Assembly (NCBI GenBank): GCA_000004695.1
Contig: CM000151.3
Span: forward strand, 4,128,001 to 4,192,000
DNA length: 64,000 nucleotides
From: Dictyostelium discoideum
Taxonomy: Eukaryota
Reading direction: 5' to 3'
Each line of letters starts with the position of its first letter. Position 1 is the stretch's first letter. Shown piece after piece: positions 13,171-26,785 of the stretch. Made by a program: the position numbers and the translations under genes. Below the pieces are notes generated by a model. That model made no database searches. It saw only the letters and a program-made list of their open reading frames with translations, and had not been told where the DNA came from.

Positions 13171-14215
13171 TTTATTAATAATTTAATTTATTTTTTTAGA
13201 AAAAAAAAAAAAGGAATGATACAAATTGTACAATTACTATTATTTTATAATATTATTAATATTATTTTAATGGAAACTTGATACTAGATAAACCAAAAGT
13301 CAAAGTAAAAAAAAGAAAAAATTATTAAATAGTAAAAAAAAAAAAAAAAAAAAATTAAATTAATTATAATAAAGAAAAAAAAAAAAAATGAATAAAAAAA
13401 TTAATATGAATTATATATATAACAAAAAAAAAAAAAAAAAAAAAAAACTCCCACTAAACACACTAATTATATTGCAATGGTATATTTAACAAAAAAAAAA
13501 AAAAAAAAAAAATTATAATAATAAAATTATTTAAATTATTGTCATATTCACAGTCTACTAAAAATTAAATCAACACTCACATATACATTCACACATTTAC
13601 AAAAAAAAAAAAAAAAAAAAAAAAATTATTTTACACATTAATAATACACCCAAACACTCCCACTAAAAATGCAATGGTGTGTTTTTCACTACCGGCATAT
13701 TTAAATTAAAAAAAATAACAATAATAAAAACTAACACCCAGAATGAATTAAGAAAATTTACAAAATTTTTTTAATTTTTTACACAATAATTGCCAAAAGA
13801 ATCAAATAAATTAAAAAAAAAAAATAAATAAAAAATCAATAACCAATGGTCATTGGAAGAGAGATAACTAAAAATAGAAAAAAGAAGTAAAAAAAAATTT
13901 AAAAAAATAAATTAAATAAAAAATAATTTTGTGATGTAATTTACATTTTTTTTTTTTAATTATTTTTTTTAATTATTTTTTATTATTGTAAAGTAGTTAA
14001 TTGATAAAAAAAATTAATTAAAGTGAAAATAAAATTATATAAAACGAAAAAAAAAGAAATAAACATTAATGGGTCTAAATGTGACATATCACCATATTTT
14101 TTTTTTTTTTTTTTTTTAATTAATTTTTTAAATATTAGTATTTTGTTTTGTTTAGATAATTTTTTATTTTTTTTTTTTTTTTTTATTTTTTTTTATTTTT
14201 TTTTATTTTTTTTTA

Positions 14216-14464
14216 TTATTTTTTATTTTTTTTTATTTTTTTTTTATACATACAATAAATTCTTTTTTCAGTAGAAGTAGCAAAAAATAGACAAGTTTCA
14301 GATTCAATTTTAAGTTGAGCTCTATGATAAATATCTAATAGAAAGGGTTTCTTTTTATTAAGTTCTGCCATTGATCTTTCTTTAATTTCTTTAATTTCTC
14401 TTATTTCTCTATCTTTATATTCTTGAATTGCTTTTAAATATTCCACATTTGACATTCTATTCAT
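14216..14464 (-). CDS. Small novel protein, paralogue A (first exon 14464..14254 is certain; 3' end unresolved)
   Basis: MNRMSNVEYLKAIQEYKDREIREIKEIKERSMAELNKKKPFLLDIYHRAQLKIESETCLFFATSTEKRIY, then donor T|GTATGT at 14253 splitting a codon after its first T. The ORF-track tail (CMYKKKIKKNKK) is probably intron read-through. Shares about 60% identity with the gene at 15227..15496. Confidence 0.5.
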   Translation of the reverse strand: MNRMSNVEYLKAIQEYKDREIREIKEIKERSMAELNKKKPFLLDIYHRAQLKIESETCLFFATSTEKRIYCMYKKKIKKNKK

Positions 14465-15114
14465 TTTTTTCTTAATTTATTTATTTATTTTTATTTGATT
14501 ATTTATTTTTTTTTAAAAAATTTATTTATTTTAATTTTTTTTTTATTTGTTTATTTATTTTTGTTTTTATTAAAATTACGTAATTTAAGTATAAATAAAT
14601 TAAATTTTATTTTTATATTAAACTGGGTATTTGATTAAAAATAAAAATAAAAAAAAAAAATTATTTGAAAAAATAAATTAAAAAAAAAAAAAACCATTTA
14701 AAATATTTTAAATCTTTTCCCAGAGAAACAGAAAAAAAAACCAAACCAGGAATTTTATTATTCACGAATGATAGGATTTTGTCGACAGAATAAAAATAGT
14801 AAGAAAATGTGAAAATAATAAATGTTAACCTTTCGACAAAGTAGCAAAATAGTTAAAAAAAAAAATAAAAAATAAAAAAAAAAAAAAATAAAAAATAAAA
14901 AACAAAAAATAAAATAAAATAAAAAAAAAAAACTCTGATCAAAACAAAAATATTTTTTTTTTATTTTTTTTATTTTTTTTTTTTTATTTATTTATTTATT
15001 TAATTTATATTATTACAAAAAGGATTTAAGTAAAATGTTTAAAAAATTATAAGCACTAAAAATACATAAAATAAAGAATAATATGTCTGTATTATTATTA
15101 TTATTATTTCATTT

Positions 15115-15146
<32 letters not shown>

Positions 15147-15226
15147 GGCACCAGTATTAGTAAAAATTTTATTATTATTATTATTAAAATTATTATTATT
15201 TTTTATTATCATTATTACTATTACTA

Positions 15227-15496
15227 TTATTGTTTTTTTTTTTTTTGATTAAAAAAAAAAAAAAAAAAAATCAAAATTATACACATACAGTAAACACTTT
15301 TTTCTTGTGTAGTACCAAAATATACACCAGTTTCGGCATCTATTTTAAGTTGGAATCTATTTATTCTATCTAAAAGTGATTTCTTTTTATTAAGTTCAGC
15401 AAGAGATTTCTCTTTAATTTCTTTAATTTCCTTAACTTCTCTTTCTTTATATTCTTTAATTTCTTGTCTATATGAGGAATTTGACATTTTATTCAT
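15227..15496 (-). CDS. Small novel protein, paralogue B (first exon 15496..15289; 3' end unresolved)
   Basis: MNKMSNSSYRQEIKEYKEREVKEIKEIKEKSLAELNKKKSLLDRINRFQLKIDAETGVYFGTTQEKSVY, then donor T|GTATGT at 15288 at exactly the homologous position and phase as paralogue A. Same strand, about 1 kb apart. Confidence 0.5.
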   Translation of the reverse strand: MNKMSNSSYRQEIKEYKEREVKEIKEIKEKSLAELNKKKSLLDRINRFQLKIDAETGVYFGTTQEKSVYCMCIILIFFFFFFNQKKKKQ

Positions 15497-16031
15497 TTTA
15501 TTATTTTATATAATTTAATTATTTATTTGAAATTTTATCAAAAACACTTTATTATATTATTATTATACAGGTCGGGGTTTATATATATATATATATGTAC
15601 CGGTGACTGGTAATTATGGCTATCACTTATAAAAAGCCTGTGTGATTATTTACAGTCTGTTTTTGAAAAAAAAAGAAAAAAAAAAAAAAAAAATGAAAAA
15701 ATAAAAAAAAAAAAAAAAATAAAAATAAAAATAAAAAAAAATAAAATTTGTAAAAATCTAATGGAAGACATAACATTGCTTTAAAATTTAAACAGTAACC
15801 TTATAACATGCACCAACCAAAAAAAGATTTCTTTTTTTTTTTTTTATAACAAATCAGGAAATTTTAAAAATTTTTTTTTTTTTTTTTTGTTTTATTTTTG
15901 ATTTGTTTTGATTTTTTTGTTTGATGTTTTTATTTGCACTATTATTCTTTCTCTGTTTTTTTTTTTTTTTTTTTTTTTGTTTGATTTGTGTGTACTTTTA
16001 CTTAATTTTTTTTTTTTTCTTTTCTCTTTTT

Positions 16032-16584
16032 TTAAGCATGATTTACAGAAGAAGCAGTATTACTACCACCATTTACATTTAATTGACCTTGAGATTTTCT
16101 AAAAGATTCTTTTTCAGATAATTTTGAACTGATATGTTGAACGATTAGATCTATGGCAACTACATTATCAGCACCTCTTGGAATAATGACATCGGCATGT
16201 TTCTTGGTTGGAAGGATATAGTCATCGAAAGCAGGTTTAACAAATTTTTCGTATTGATATAAAACACCCTCGAGACTACGACCTCTTTCAGCGATATCTC
16301 TCATAACACGACGAGATAAACGAGTATCAGAATCTGTGTCGACAAAGATCTTAATATCCATTTGCTCTCTCAACGATTGTGTATAGAATGATAAAATACC
16401 TTCGAATAAAATAACATCAACATCACCTAATCCTACTGTTTCTTCTAAACGTGAATGACTCTTGAAACAATATGTTGGAATTTCAATATCTTTACCATCT
16501 TTTAAATCTCTTAATGCATTTTCAACTAATGACCAATCAAAAGCATCTTAATAGTTTTTAAAAATAAAAAATTAAAAAATTAAT

Positions 16585-16620
<36 letters not shown>

Positions 16621-16859
16621 TGTGCTAGCTAGAATCGCTTACCTGGATGATCAAAGTTATAACTTGCAACAGTTTCTCTATCTTCTTTTGATAATGGTCT
16701 ATAGAAAGAATCTAAACAAATTATGGCAATTCTTTTATTTTCTAAACGTTTCATAATTTCGTCACATACTGTGGTTTTACCTGATGCTGTTCCACCAGTG
16801 ACACCAATGATGAATGGATGTTTACTATGACTGGTATTGTTGTTTTCCATATATTTCAT
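16032..16859 (-). CDS. Uridine-cytidine kinase (uridine kinase), 2 exons, 243 aa
   Basis: Exon 1 16859..16643 with P-loop [12 protein letters not shown] and ..SYNFDHPG|GTAAGC; exon 2 16546..16032 (acceptor CTATTAAG|): [108 protein letters not shown], near-identical in motif order to human UCK2. Total 732 nt. Confidence 0.9.
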
Positions 16860-17106
16860 TTTCTAAAAAAGTGTGAATGATGATGTGTAACAAAAAAAAA
16901 AAAAAAATTATTTTAAAAAAAAAAAAGAAAAAATAATTTTTTGTAACAAAACTAAATTAATAGTAATAATTGCAAAAAAAACAAATAAAACAAACAAAAC
17001 GAAAAATGAAAAAAAAAAAAAAAAAAAAAAATTTAACTTATCGTTTTATTTTTTTTAAAATTTTTTTGAATGAAATGAAACCACAAGAAATAATTTTGGA
17101 AGATTT

Positions 17107-17142
<36 letters not shown>

Positions 17143-18071
17143 AAAAAAAAAAAACAAAAATGGATTGAATTAATTAATAGAATATATATTATTAATAAAT
17201 AAATAAATAAATAAATAGATAAATAAATCAAAAATAACAAAACAAAACAATTTTGGAATATATTTATATAATTATATAAAAAACAAAAACTATTTACAAA
17301 AAATAATTAAACCGATTGTAACTTTTTAATTGAAAAAAAAAAAAAATAAAAAAATAAAAAAAAAGATATTTTTATTAATATTAATAGAATTGATGTTTTT
17401 ATTACTAAAATTATTATTTTAATAATATTAATAAAAAAAAAAAAAAAAATAAAAAAATAAAAAAAAAATGTTTTAAAAAAAAAAATAAAAAAAAAAAAAA
17501 AAAAATAAATAAAATAAATTAAATGTATCACCCAAAAAAAAAAGGTTTATTTTTATTTTTTTATTTTTTTATTTTTATAATTTTATTTATTTTTTTTTTT
17601 TGTTTTTGGTTATAAATATTAATTTTGTATATTTTTTTTTTTTTTTTTTTTTTTACTTTTAAATCAAATAAAGTATTCTCTTCATTTAAAATTATTATGA
17701 AAAATACTAGGCATCTTATTTTTTTATTTTTTTTTTTTATAATTTTGATTAATATTTTTTTTTTATTTAAAATTATTATGATTATTTTTTTATACACATC
17801 TGTTGTGTTATAATTTATTCTCAATTTGAATTGTTGTTTTTGATTTTATAATAATAAAAAAATTATTACTATTTTATTTTTTTATCTTATTTTTTATTTT
17901 TATTTTTTATTTTTATGGTTTTGGTAAAAATAGTCCTTAAAAAGAGAAATTCAAAATATCCAAAAATTGTTTTTTTTTAATATATCTGAAAAAGTCAAAA
18001 ATATTTTTTTTTTTTTTTATTTTTTAATTTTTTAAATTATTGAAAAAAACACATACCAGGAATATAGTTTT

Positions 18072-18104
<33 letters not shown>

Positions 18105-18330
18105 ATTTTTTATTTTAATTTGTTTTTTTATTATATATATATATATATTATATTGCATTATATTGAATTGTTTTAAATATATATTTTTTTTTTTTTGATT
18201 TTTAAATTAATTTTTATTTTTTTTATTTTTTTTATTTTTTTATTTTTTTAATTTTATTTTTTTTTTTGTGAAATTAATATATTTCAAATTCAAAAATAAA
18301 ATAAAAAAAAAAAAAAAAAACTTTTAACTA

Positions 18331-20870
18331 ATGGATCAAAGTTCAGAAAAAGAACTAGAGAAATATATTAATAATAGGGTGCAATGGGATTCATTACCAT
18401 CACATGCAAAATCAATATTAGACCAATCACATGTAAAATATAAACAATACTGTTTAAAATATAGTATCAAACATCAATTGAGATGGGATACAAATTTAAT
18501 TAGTAGTTTTGTTACTGATGAAAGATTATATTATCAAGAAATTGTTAGATTATCGGTTGCAAATTTAGTTGTATGTATTTAATATTGTTATTATTGAATA
18601 TATATATATAAATACTAACACATACACATATAAATAAAATAGTTATATCCATATCATATTCAAGATAAATTAGTACCAATGTTAAATGTTACACCATTTA
18701 AATATTATTTAATAATGATGATTGAAACAATGACAAATTGTAAGTAATATCTATATATATATATATATAATATATAAAATATTAAAAAATATAAATATAT
18801 TAATATGTATTGTTTAAAAAAAAAAAAAAAAAAAGCAAAATCATATGATGAAATACCAAATTTTACAGCAGTTGATTGTATAAGAGTATTAGGAATTGGT
18901 AGAAATCAATTTATAGATTTAATGAATAAATTTAGATCAAAAGGATTTTTATTTAAAAAGAAAAAAGATGTTATTAGAGGTTTATTACCAACAAGATCAT
19001 TAGAGAAGAATATTGAATATTGGTGGATACTTAGATACGGTTATCCAAATCAAGATGAGGAAAGACAGGGATCATTACCAGCTAGTGAATTGGAGGTATT
19101 GGATGATCTAAAGAGATCCAATGGTATCAATGGTAAACAAGCTGGTATCTATTGTAGAGAATCTGTGATATCATTGATTTCCAAAGGACTGGTTTACATT
19201 GATGTACCCATTCAAAATCAAGATACAATCTCTGTACCACCTTTGGAAGGATTTGTTATGAATAGAGTTTTAGGTGACTATTTCGAGAATTTACTCTACA
19301 AAATATTCGTATCAATTGATGAACGTACAACAATTCAAAAGTTATCAGAAGTTTTACAAATTAATGTTGAATTGGTTAAACAAGCATGTTCACTATATTG
19401 TAGATTAGGTTTTGCAAAGAAAAAGAATTTAGAACCATTATTACCACAAACACCATCACCATCATCAGAAGGTGATACACATTCAAAATGGCATCATTCT
19501 TGGATAACTTATTATCAAGAAAATGAAACTATAATACCACAACCAATTTTAAATAATAATAATAATAATAGTAATACAATTGATAATAGTAATAATAATA
19601 ATAATAATAATACAAATATAACATCATCAAGTAGTAGTAATACAGCAATTAATAACTCATCACAATCATCTACATTAGAGAATAATGATAATATTGTTGA
19701 AGGTGTAGTTGATGAATCATTTAATAATGGTAATGAGGAACAAAAAAGAATTGGATTTGTATTTGATAGTAGTATAACGGCATTTTTAATGATGGGTAAT
19801 TTAGGATATGGTTTAAAGAATCATGCAGTTACAATGTTTGAACGTGGTAAATTATCAAATGAAGCATTGGCTGATTTCTTACAAGAACTTGATAAAATTG
19901 ATGTAGAAGAGTTTGTAGATTCTGAAGCTAAATTATATGCAACAAATGCAATCTCTTTAAGAGATACAATTAGACATTTAAAAAATAAATATCGTATTGA
20001 TGATAGTAATAGTAGTAATAGTAATAGTAGTAGTGGTGGTGGTAGTGGTAATTTACAAGGTTTAGATTTAATTAGTTGTGAAAGAATGAATCAATTGGAT
20101 GAAACAACTAGAATTAGAGTTTTAAAAAAGAATTATTCTGTACTGATTTCAATGGCACCATTATCAATTGATTATTGTCCAGTTATTAGTTCTGTACCAC
20201 CAAATTTTGGACCGGCAGTTTATGAAGTTCATTCATTTTGGTTTAGAATTTATTTGTATAGTATGGTTGGTAAAGGCCCAAATTCTATCCTCTTACCAAA
20301 GGGTACAAGATTGAAAAGAATTCCAACCATTTTCAAAGATTGCGAGAAAATACTAGTTTGTCCAATAGATCATGATCCAACAACTGTAAACTTGTCACAA
20401 TTGTTACCATCTGTAAATGAAACTTTATTATCTTCACCAGTGTTATTATCAGCTTATACCTTTATCAAATATGATACTCAACCAAAGTTATCAAAGTTAA
20501 TGAGTCATAGTCGTTCAAATAGTATAGTATCATCTTCAAAAGATAATCAATTACTCTATCATATTCCTTTCCCATTGGATGATTTATCAGCTGATAATGG
20601 TTCACCTAAAAAATATACAAATATTATAACTAATAATACAACAACAACAACAACAACTACTACTACTACAAATACTACAAATTTAAATAATAATACTATT
20701 ATAAGTGAAGATCAATATAATTCAGATAATATTCATACTCATCCAATACTTTATAAAATTCAATCTACTTTTAATTTAAAAAATTCTTTTGGCTATATTA
20801 CATTATTAAAAAAAGAAACTCATATTTTATTAAATAATAATAATAATAATAATAATAAAAATAATATTAA

Positions 20871-20964
<94 letters not shown>

Positions 20965-21291
20965 TCAATTACACATCAAAAGGTTTTTGAATATTTACCA
21001 TTAAATGTTTATTATGGTATACCAATATTTGATGATAAATTAAATAGAGAGGTTTGTGCAAAAATTGATAAATTCAACTTATTATCTAAAGAAAATTTAA
21101 ATAGACATAGTATGGATAGTAGAAATCTTTCGTTAAATCTATTCAATTTTATATCTTCTACTTGTCCTCCAATTCATCCAGATTTAGATTCAATAGATGC
21201 CACTAAAATCAATTCAAATTTACCATCTGTTCAAAATATTCCCTTTCCAACTCAAATCATTACTTTTGTAAATGGAAATTTAGATTTATAA
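18331..21291 (+). CDS. FAM91 family protein (FAM91A1 homologue), 3 exons, 930 aa
   Basis: Exons 18331..18570 (donor GTT|GTATGT), 18643..18739 (97-nt micro-exon [32 protein letters not shown], donor T|GTAAGT), 18836..21291 (acceptor A20-AG). Matches human FAM91A1 in [46 protein letters not shown] and [36 protein letters not shown]; long poly-N inserts. Total 2793 nt = 931 codons. Confidence 0.85.
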
Positions 21292-22265
21292 TAAAATAAA
21301 TAATAAAATAATAAAATAATAAAATAATAAAATAATAAAATAATAAAATAATAAAATAATAAAAAAAAAGAAGATAATAAAAAAAAAAAAAGAAGATAAT
21401 AAATCACGCGTGTTAATAATAAAATAATAAAATTATAAAATAATAAAAAAAAAAAAAAAAAAAAAAAATTAAAATAAATAAAATAAAAAAAAAAAATTTA
21501 TTAATAGAAAAAATAAAATCTATAAATAAATATTTATTTTTTATTTTTTATTTATTTTATTTTATATTATTATTTTTATTTTAATACATTTTCTTTAATT
21601 ATTTTTTATTTTAATAAATTGGCTTTTTTACAAATAAGATTATATTTTTATTCAACCACACAAGTTTTTTAAAACTTTAAACACACACCACACAAACCCA
21701 ATTTATCCCCAGGTGTCAATATCTTTTTATTTGAAATTCAATAAAAAAATTAATATTATTATAATTTATAAAAAATTATATCAGTTAATGATTTATTTAC
21801 TTTAATAGTAAAAGTGTCTCTCAATTCATTCAATTCGAATGATTTGAAAATAAAAAAAAAAAAACAAAAAAAAAAACAAAAAAAAAAATGTGGTGTGTTG
21901 TATATTAATATGTCGAATGTTGGTGTGATAATATTATTTTTTTTTTTTTTTTTTTTTTTTAATAGTTTAAAAAAAAATGTGGTTCAAAAGTTTATTTATG
22001 TGTGTGTTAAGTAATTTAATGTATTTATGATCTCCGTCTGCCAAAATGTATAAACAAACAATCTAAAATCTGAACAATTACATGCTTATTTGAATTTTTT
22101 TATTTTTTTTTTTTTTTATTTTTATTTTTTTTATTTTTTTTATTTTTACTACTTTTAAAAATTCTTTTAATCATTATTTATTTTAAAAAATCAGTGGTTT
22201 AACGGGTTATAAAATTATTAATAATAGGATAAATAAAAAAAAATAAAAAATAAAAAACAATAATT

Positions 22266-22303
<38 letters not shown>

Positions 22304-22484
22304 AAAAAATCTATTTAAAAAAGTTTTTTTACAACATATGTGTTTAATAAATATTATTATTAATATTCAATATCGGTTCATAATTAACAATAGGAAGAAA
22401 AAATAAAAAATTAATCATTTAAAATAGAAAAATCATTTTTTTTAAATTTTTTATTTTTTATTTTTTTTTTTTTATTTCAAAAAA

Positions 22485-22515
<31 letters not shown>

Positions 22516-22864
22516 ATATATAAATATATAAATAATAAATAACTCTTGTATACTAATTTTTATATTTTGTGGTTTTAATACAAAAAAATTTAATTTGAAT
22601 AATTAAAATATTAAAATAATAAAATAATAAAAATAATAATATAAATAAATTTTAAAAAAAAAATAAATATAAAAATTAAAATTTAAAAAATAAAATAAAA
22701 AGTATATTATAATAATAAACATTATCAACTTTTTTTTATTTTTATTTTTTTTATTTTTAACTTTTTTTTATTTTTATGCTAATTATATAATTTTTTTTTA
22801 TAATTTTCTAATCACTTTTTTTTTTTTCTAAAAACTCTTTCCAAATTTAATTTAATTTTAGTTC

Positions 22865-22897
<33 letters not shown>

Positions 22898-23110
22898 TCC
22901 ATATATAAATATACATATTAATTTTAATTAATTAGAAAAACTGACTTGTTAATTAATTTTGTGTATGTTGTCAATTAGTTTAATAATTTTTTTATAAAAA
23001 AAAAAAACAATTTTTAATATTAATTTTATTTTACTATATTTAATATTTAAAATTTCAGACCAAAATCAAATAATTATTTATTTAAATTATAAAAAATAAA
23101 AATAAAAAAA

Positions 23111-24471
23111 ATGAAATTTAGAATATATCAAATTATTATAATAATAATTGTAATAATAATATCATTTAATATAATAATATTATTAAATAATCAAAATGTA
23201 ATAAAACTGAATAATAAAAATAATAATTATAGTAATAGTAATAGTAATAGTAATATTAATAGTAATAGTAATATTAACATAAACTTAAATAATAATAATA
23301 TTAATAAAAATAATAATTTAAAAATTAAAATTGAAAAAAAAGAAAAATTAATTGTTAAAGAAGATGAATTGAAAATTTCAAATGAGTTTAAACCAAAATC
23401 TAAATTTTTAAGTATAAATAAAAGGGAAACAGTACTTTCTAGAGAATGTAATTTTGTGGATTTAGTATATACATGGGTAAATGGATCAGATGCAGATCAT
23501 ATGGAAACTAAAAAACAAGTGATGTTTAATTTAACAGGTGAACACATTCAAGATTTCGAACCACATCGTTATAGAGATATCGGTGGTTTAAAATACTCAT
23601 TACGTAGTGTTAGAAAATATGCACCATGGATAAGAAATATCTATATCATTACAGCAAATCAAGTTCCAACTTGGTTCAATTCAGAAAATCCTGAAAATGT
23701 TAAATTCATTTTCCATAAAAATTATTATGGTAATATGTAAGTTTTTTAAAATACACACAAATAGTAAATAGTAACACACACTCACACACTTTTATTTTTT
23801 ATAGTTCACATTTACCAACATATAGTTCAAATTCAATTGAATCGAATTTTTGGAATTTACCAAATGAAGTTTCAAATTGTTTTTTATATTTAAATGATGA
23901 TGTGTTTTTTAATAGACCAGTTGAAAAGAGTGATTATTTTTATGATGATCAATTTAATCAAAAGATTTATGAAATTCAAGAAAGAACCCAAGTTTTTAAT
24001 GAGCAAAAGAAATTAGAACCTTATGCTAAATCATTCGCTTATTCAAATTCAATATTAAATAAAATTTGGGGAGAAGATAAGAGAAGATTTTTACCAGATC
24101 ATGGCGTTCAAGTTTATAATAAAAAGATTTGGTTAATGATACATGACCAATTATTTGATTTCGGTCTTGACCAAACTTCTTCAAATAGGTTTAGAGAATC
24201 ATCAGATTTACAATTATCCTTTATTTATAATCAGTTTGCTAAACGTTATTCAAATCAATTTAAATTGGCTTCAAAAGGTGCTAATCTTTATGTTGGAATT
24301 TGGAATGATCAGAAAATTATTAATAATGCTATTAATAGAATTTTAAACGAAAAAAATGCAATGACAATTTGTTTAAATGATGGTTTTGATTTTGTTGATG
24401 ATGAAATCCATTCAAAATTAACAAATTTATTCGATACATTATTTCCTGAAAAATCACCATTTGAAAATTAA
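23111..24471 (+). CDS. Stealth-domain protein (GlcNAc-1-phosphotransferase-like hexose-1-phosphoryltransferase), type-II membrane topology, 2 exons, 430 aa
   Basis: Exon 1 23111..23736 (N-terminal signal anchor [18 protein letters not shown]; Stealth CR1 VDLVYTWVNGSDADH and CR2 RDIGGLKYSLRSVRKYAPWIRNIYIITANQVPTWF; donor AT|GTAAGT), exon 2 23805..24471 (acceptor TTTTATAG|; the ORF-track start at 23902 is an internal GTG). Total 1293 nt = 431 codons. Confidence 0.75.
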
Positions 24472-24673
24472 AAAAAAAAAATAAATAAAAATAAAAAAAA
24501 TTAAAAAATTTAAAAAAATATAATTAAAAAAAAAAAAAACTTTTTTTAAAAATTGTTTATTACTAAATGTTAAAATTAAAAAATGTGGAAAAATTGAATT
24601 ACCTTAGAAAAAAAAAAAAAAAAAAAGGGGTTTAAAAACTACCAAGTTTTCCCAGGGTTTTTAATTTATTTTT

Positions 24674-24722
<49 letters not shown>

Positions 24723-24833
24723 CAGAAATGAGATTTCAGTTTTTGTTTTTAAACAAAAGAATTGATATTTTTATATTTTCATTTTTTTTATTTTTTATTT
24801 TTTTATTTTTAATATATATATATATTATGTATT

Positions 24834-25956
24834 ATGTCAAAATTAAATATTAAAGGAATAGTTAAAAGATGTGATGATTATGGAAAATTAGTGAATAGAT
24901 ATTGTGGACCAGTTTTTGTTGGATTTGCAACATCATTAATAACATTAATTGCAATCACCTATTTCACAATTATATTTCCAGCAACATCTGATTTTTCAAA
25001 TTTATTTTTCATTTTCAATTTCTTTTGTGACCTTAGTATTTCATTATTCCTTACCTATGGTATTTATTTCAATTATATAAAAGCAATTATAACAAAACCT
25101 GGTTATCCAAATTTAAATTCAACTTTAATAAATGTATGTTATTTATTTATTTATATCTTTATATTATATTATATTAACAATTATTAACAATTATTTAAAG
25201 AATATAAATAGCAATATAAATAATAGTAATAATAATAAAGATAAAGATAAAATATTGATAATTGATAATGTTAAATGGAGTTATTGTAAGAAATGTTCAA
25301 AAGCTAAACCACCTAGATGTCATCATTGTAGTGTTTGCGATAAATGTGTTTTAAAGATGGATCACCATTGCCCATGGATTGGTGGTTGTGTTGGTTTCTA
25401 TAATTACAGATATTTCTTTTTATTTTTATCATATCTTTGGGTATCAGTTTGTTATGTATTAGCTCATTCTTTACCTTTATTATTTGGTGGTTATTTAGTA
25501 AGTAATAGTTGTAGTAGTAGCAGTAGTAGTAGTATCAGTAGTAGTAGTATAATTTATTATTATTACAAACTAACACATATTTTAAATTTTAATAGTATAG
25601 TAAAAAATATACAGAAATTGATAGATTATTAGTTATTATATCATCAATTGGAAGTTTCATAACATTTGTTGCAGTTGGATCATTTGGTGGTTTTCATGCT
25701 TATTTAATTGGTAGTGGTCAAACATCAATTGAAAATTTATATCCTCCAAAAAAGAGACCAAATTATAGTTTAACTTCAATTAAAGATAATTTTCAAATAG
25801 TTTTAGGTAAAGGTGATTATTGGTTCAGTGGTTTATTACCAATAAATTATACTCCAATTGGTAATGGCTGTGATTTTAAACTAAATATTTCAAATGAAGA
25901 TAATAATAAAAATAATGAAAATAATGAAAATAATGAAAATAATGAAATTGACAATC

Positions 25957-25999
<43 letters not shown>

Positions 26000-26075
26000 A
26001 AAAGAAGATAATATTAATGAAAATGATAATTTAATAAGCTATGATACTGATGAATATAATAGGCATAAAAAATAA
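24834..26075 (+). CDS. DHHC-type protein S-palmitoyltransferase (zf-DHHC), 3 exons, 358 aa
   Basis: Exons 24834..25133 (donor AAT|GTATGT), 25201..25497 ([44 protein letters not shown]; donor TTA|GTAAGT), 25596..26075 (TM segment [32 protein letters not shown], then a polyN tail; stop 26073-26075). Total 1077 nt = 359 codons. Confidence 0.85.
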
Positions 26076-26285
26076 TAGAATAATAGAATAGTAATAATAA
26101 AAACAAAAAAAAGAGAGTTATCAATTTTATTTGTACATTTGGTTTTTACTTTATTTTATTTTATTTTGTTTTTTTTTTTTTTTTTTTAATTTTTTTTTTT
26201 TTTTTATTATATATATAATTCAAAAGGGTAATTGTTTTGTTTTGTTTTGTTTTGTTTCTTTTTAAATCAAAAAAAAAAAAAAGAA

Positions 26286-26785
26286 TTAATGTCTGTATGT
26301 ATTATCTTGGTTATTGTTATTATTATTATTGTTATTATTATTGTTATTAAATTGGTGATTATTATTATGTGGAATGAATTGATTTTGATTTTGATTTTGA
26401 TTTTGATTTTGATTTTGATTTTGATTTTGATTTTGATTTTGATTAAAATGTGAGTTTGGACTTGGTTTAAAATCTTTAAATTCATTTAATTTATGTTGGA
26501 AAATTTTATTTCTTGCATAATTAATACCTTTATCTGCAACCCATTCACCAGTGTTAAAGAAACCTTTAGCAACCATAGAACCAGTTTCATTCTTAATCAT
26601 TCCAACTACTTTTTGTCCTACACTATTAGTTTGTTTTTTTAAAAAAAAAAAAAAAAAATGTTAGAAAATTAATTAATTAAAAGGAAAAAGAAAATAAATA
26701 CTTACTTTAAACCAGTGGTTCTTCTTGCACCAGCGCAAATTGTTGAAATAATAACGCAATCACAAATGAGTGAAATTAAACCCAT
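26286..26785 (-). CDS. Small protein (138 aa) with hydrophobic N-terminus and (NQ)11 / polyN tracts, 2 exons
   Basis: Exon 1 26785..26706 (MGLISLICDCVIISTICAGARRTTGL, donor AA|GTAAGT), exon 2 26622..26286 (acceptor CTAATAG|; VGQKVVGMIKNETGSMVAKGFFNTGEWVADKGINYARNKIFQHKLNEFKDFKPSPNSHF(NQ)11..). Total 417 nt = 139 codons. Confidence 0.5.

Noticed and set aside
15561-15660. GC-richer island caggtcggggttta(ta)n gtaccggtgactggtaattatggctatcac upstream of small paralogue B, considered as a tRNA or small ncRNA
   Set aside because: No tRNA A/B boxes or cloverleaf could be built by eye, and there is no counterpart upstream of paralogue A; probably core promoter sequence. Left unannotated.
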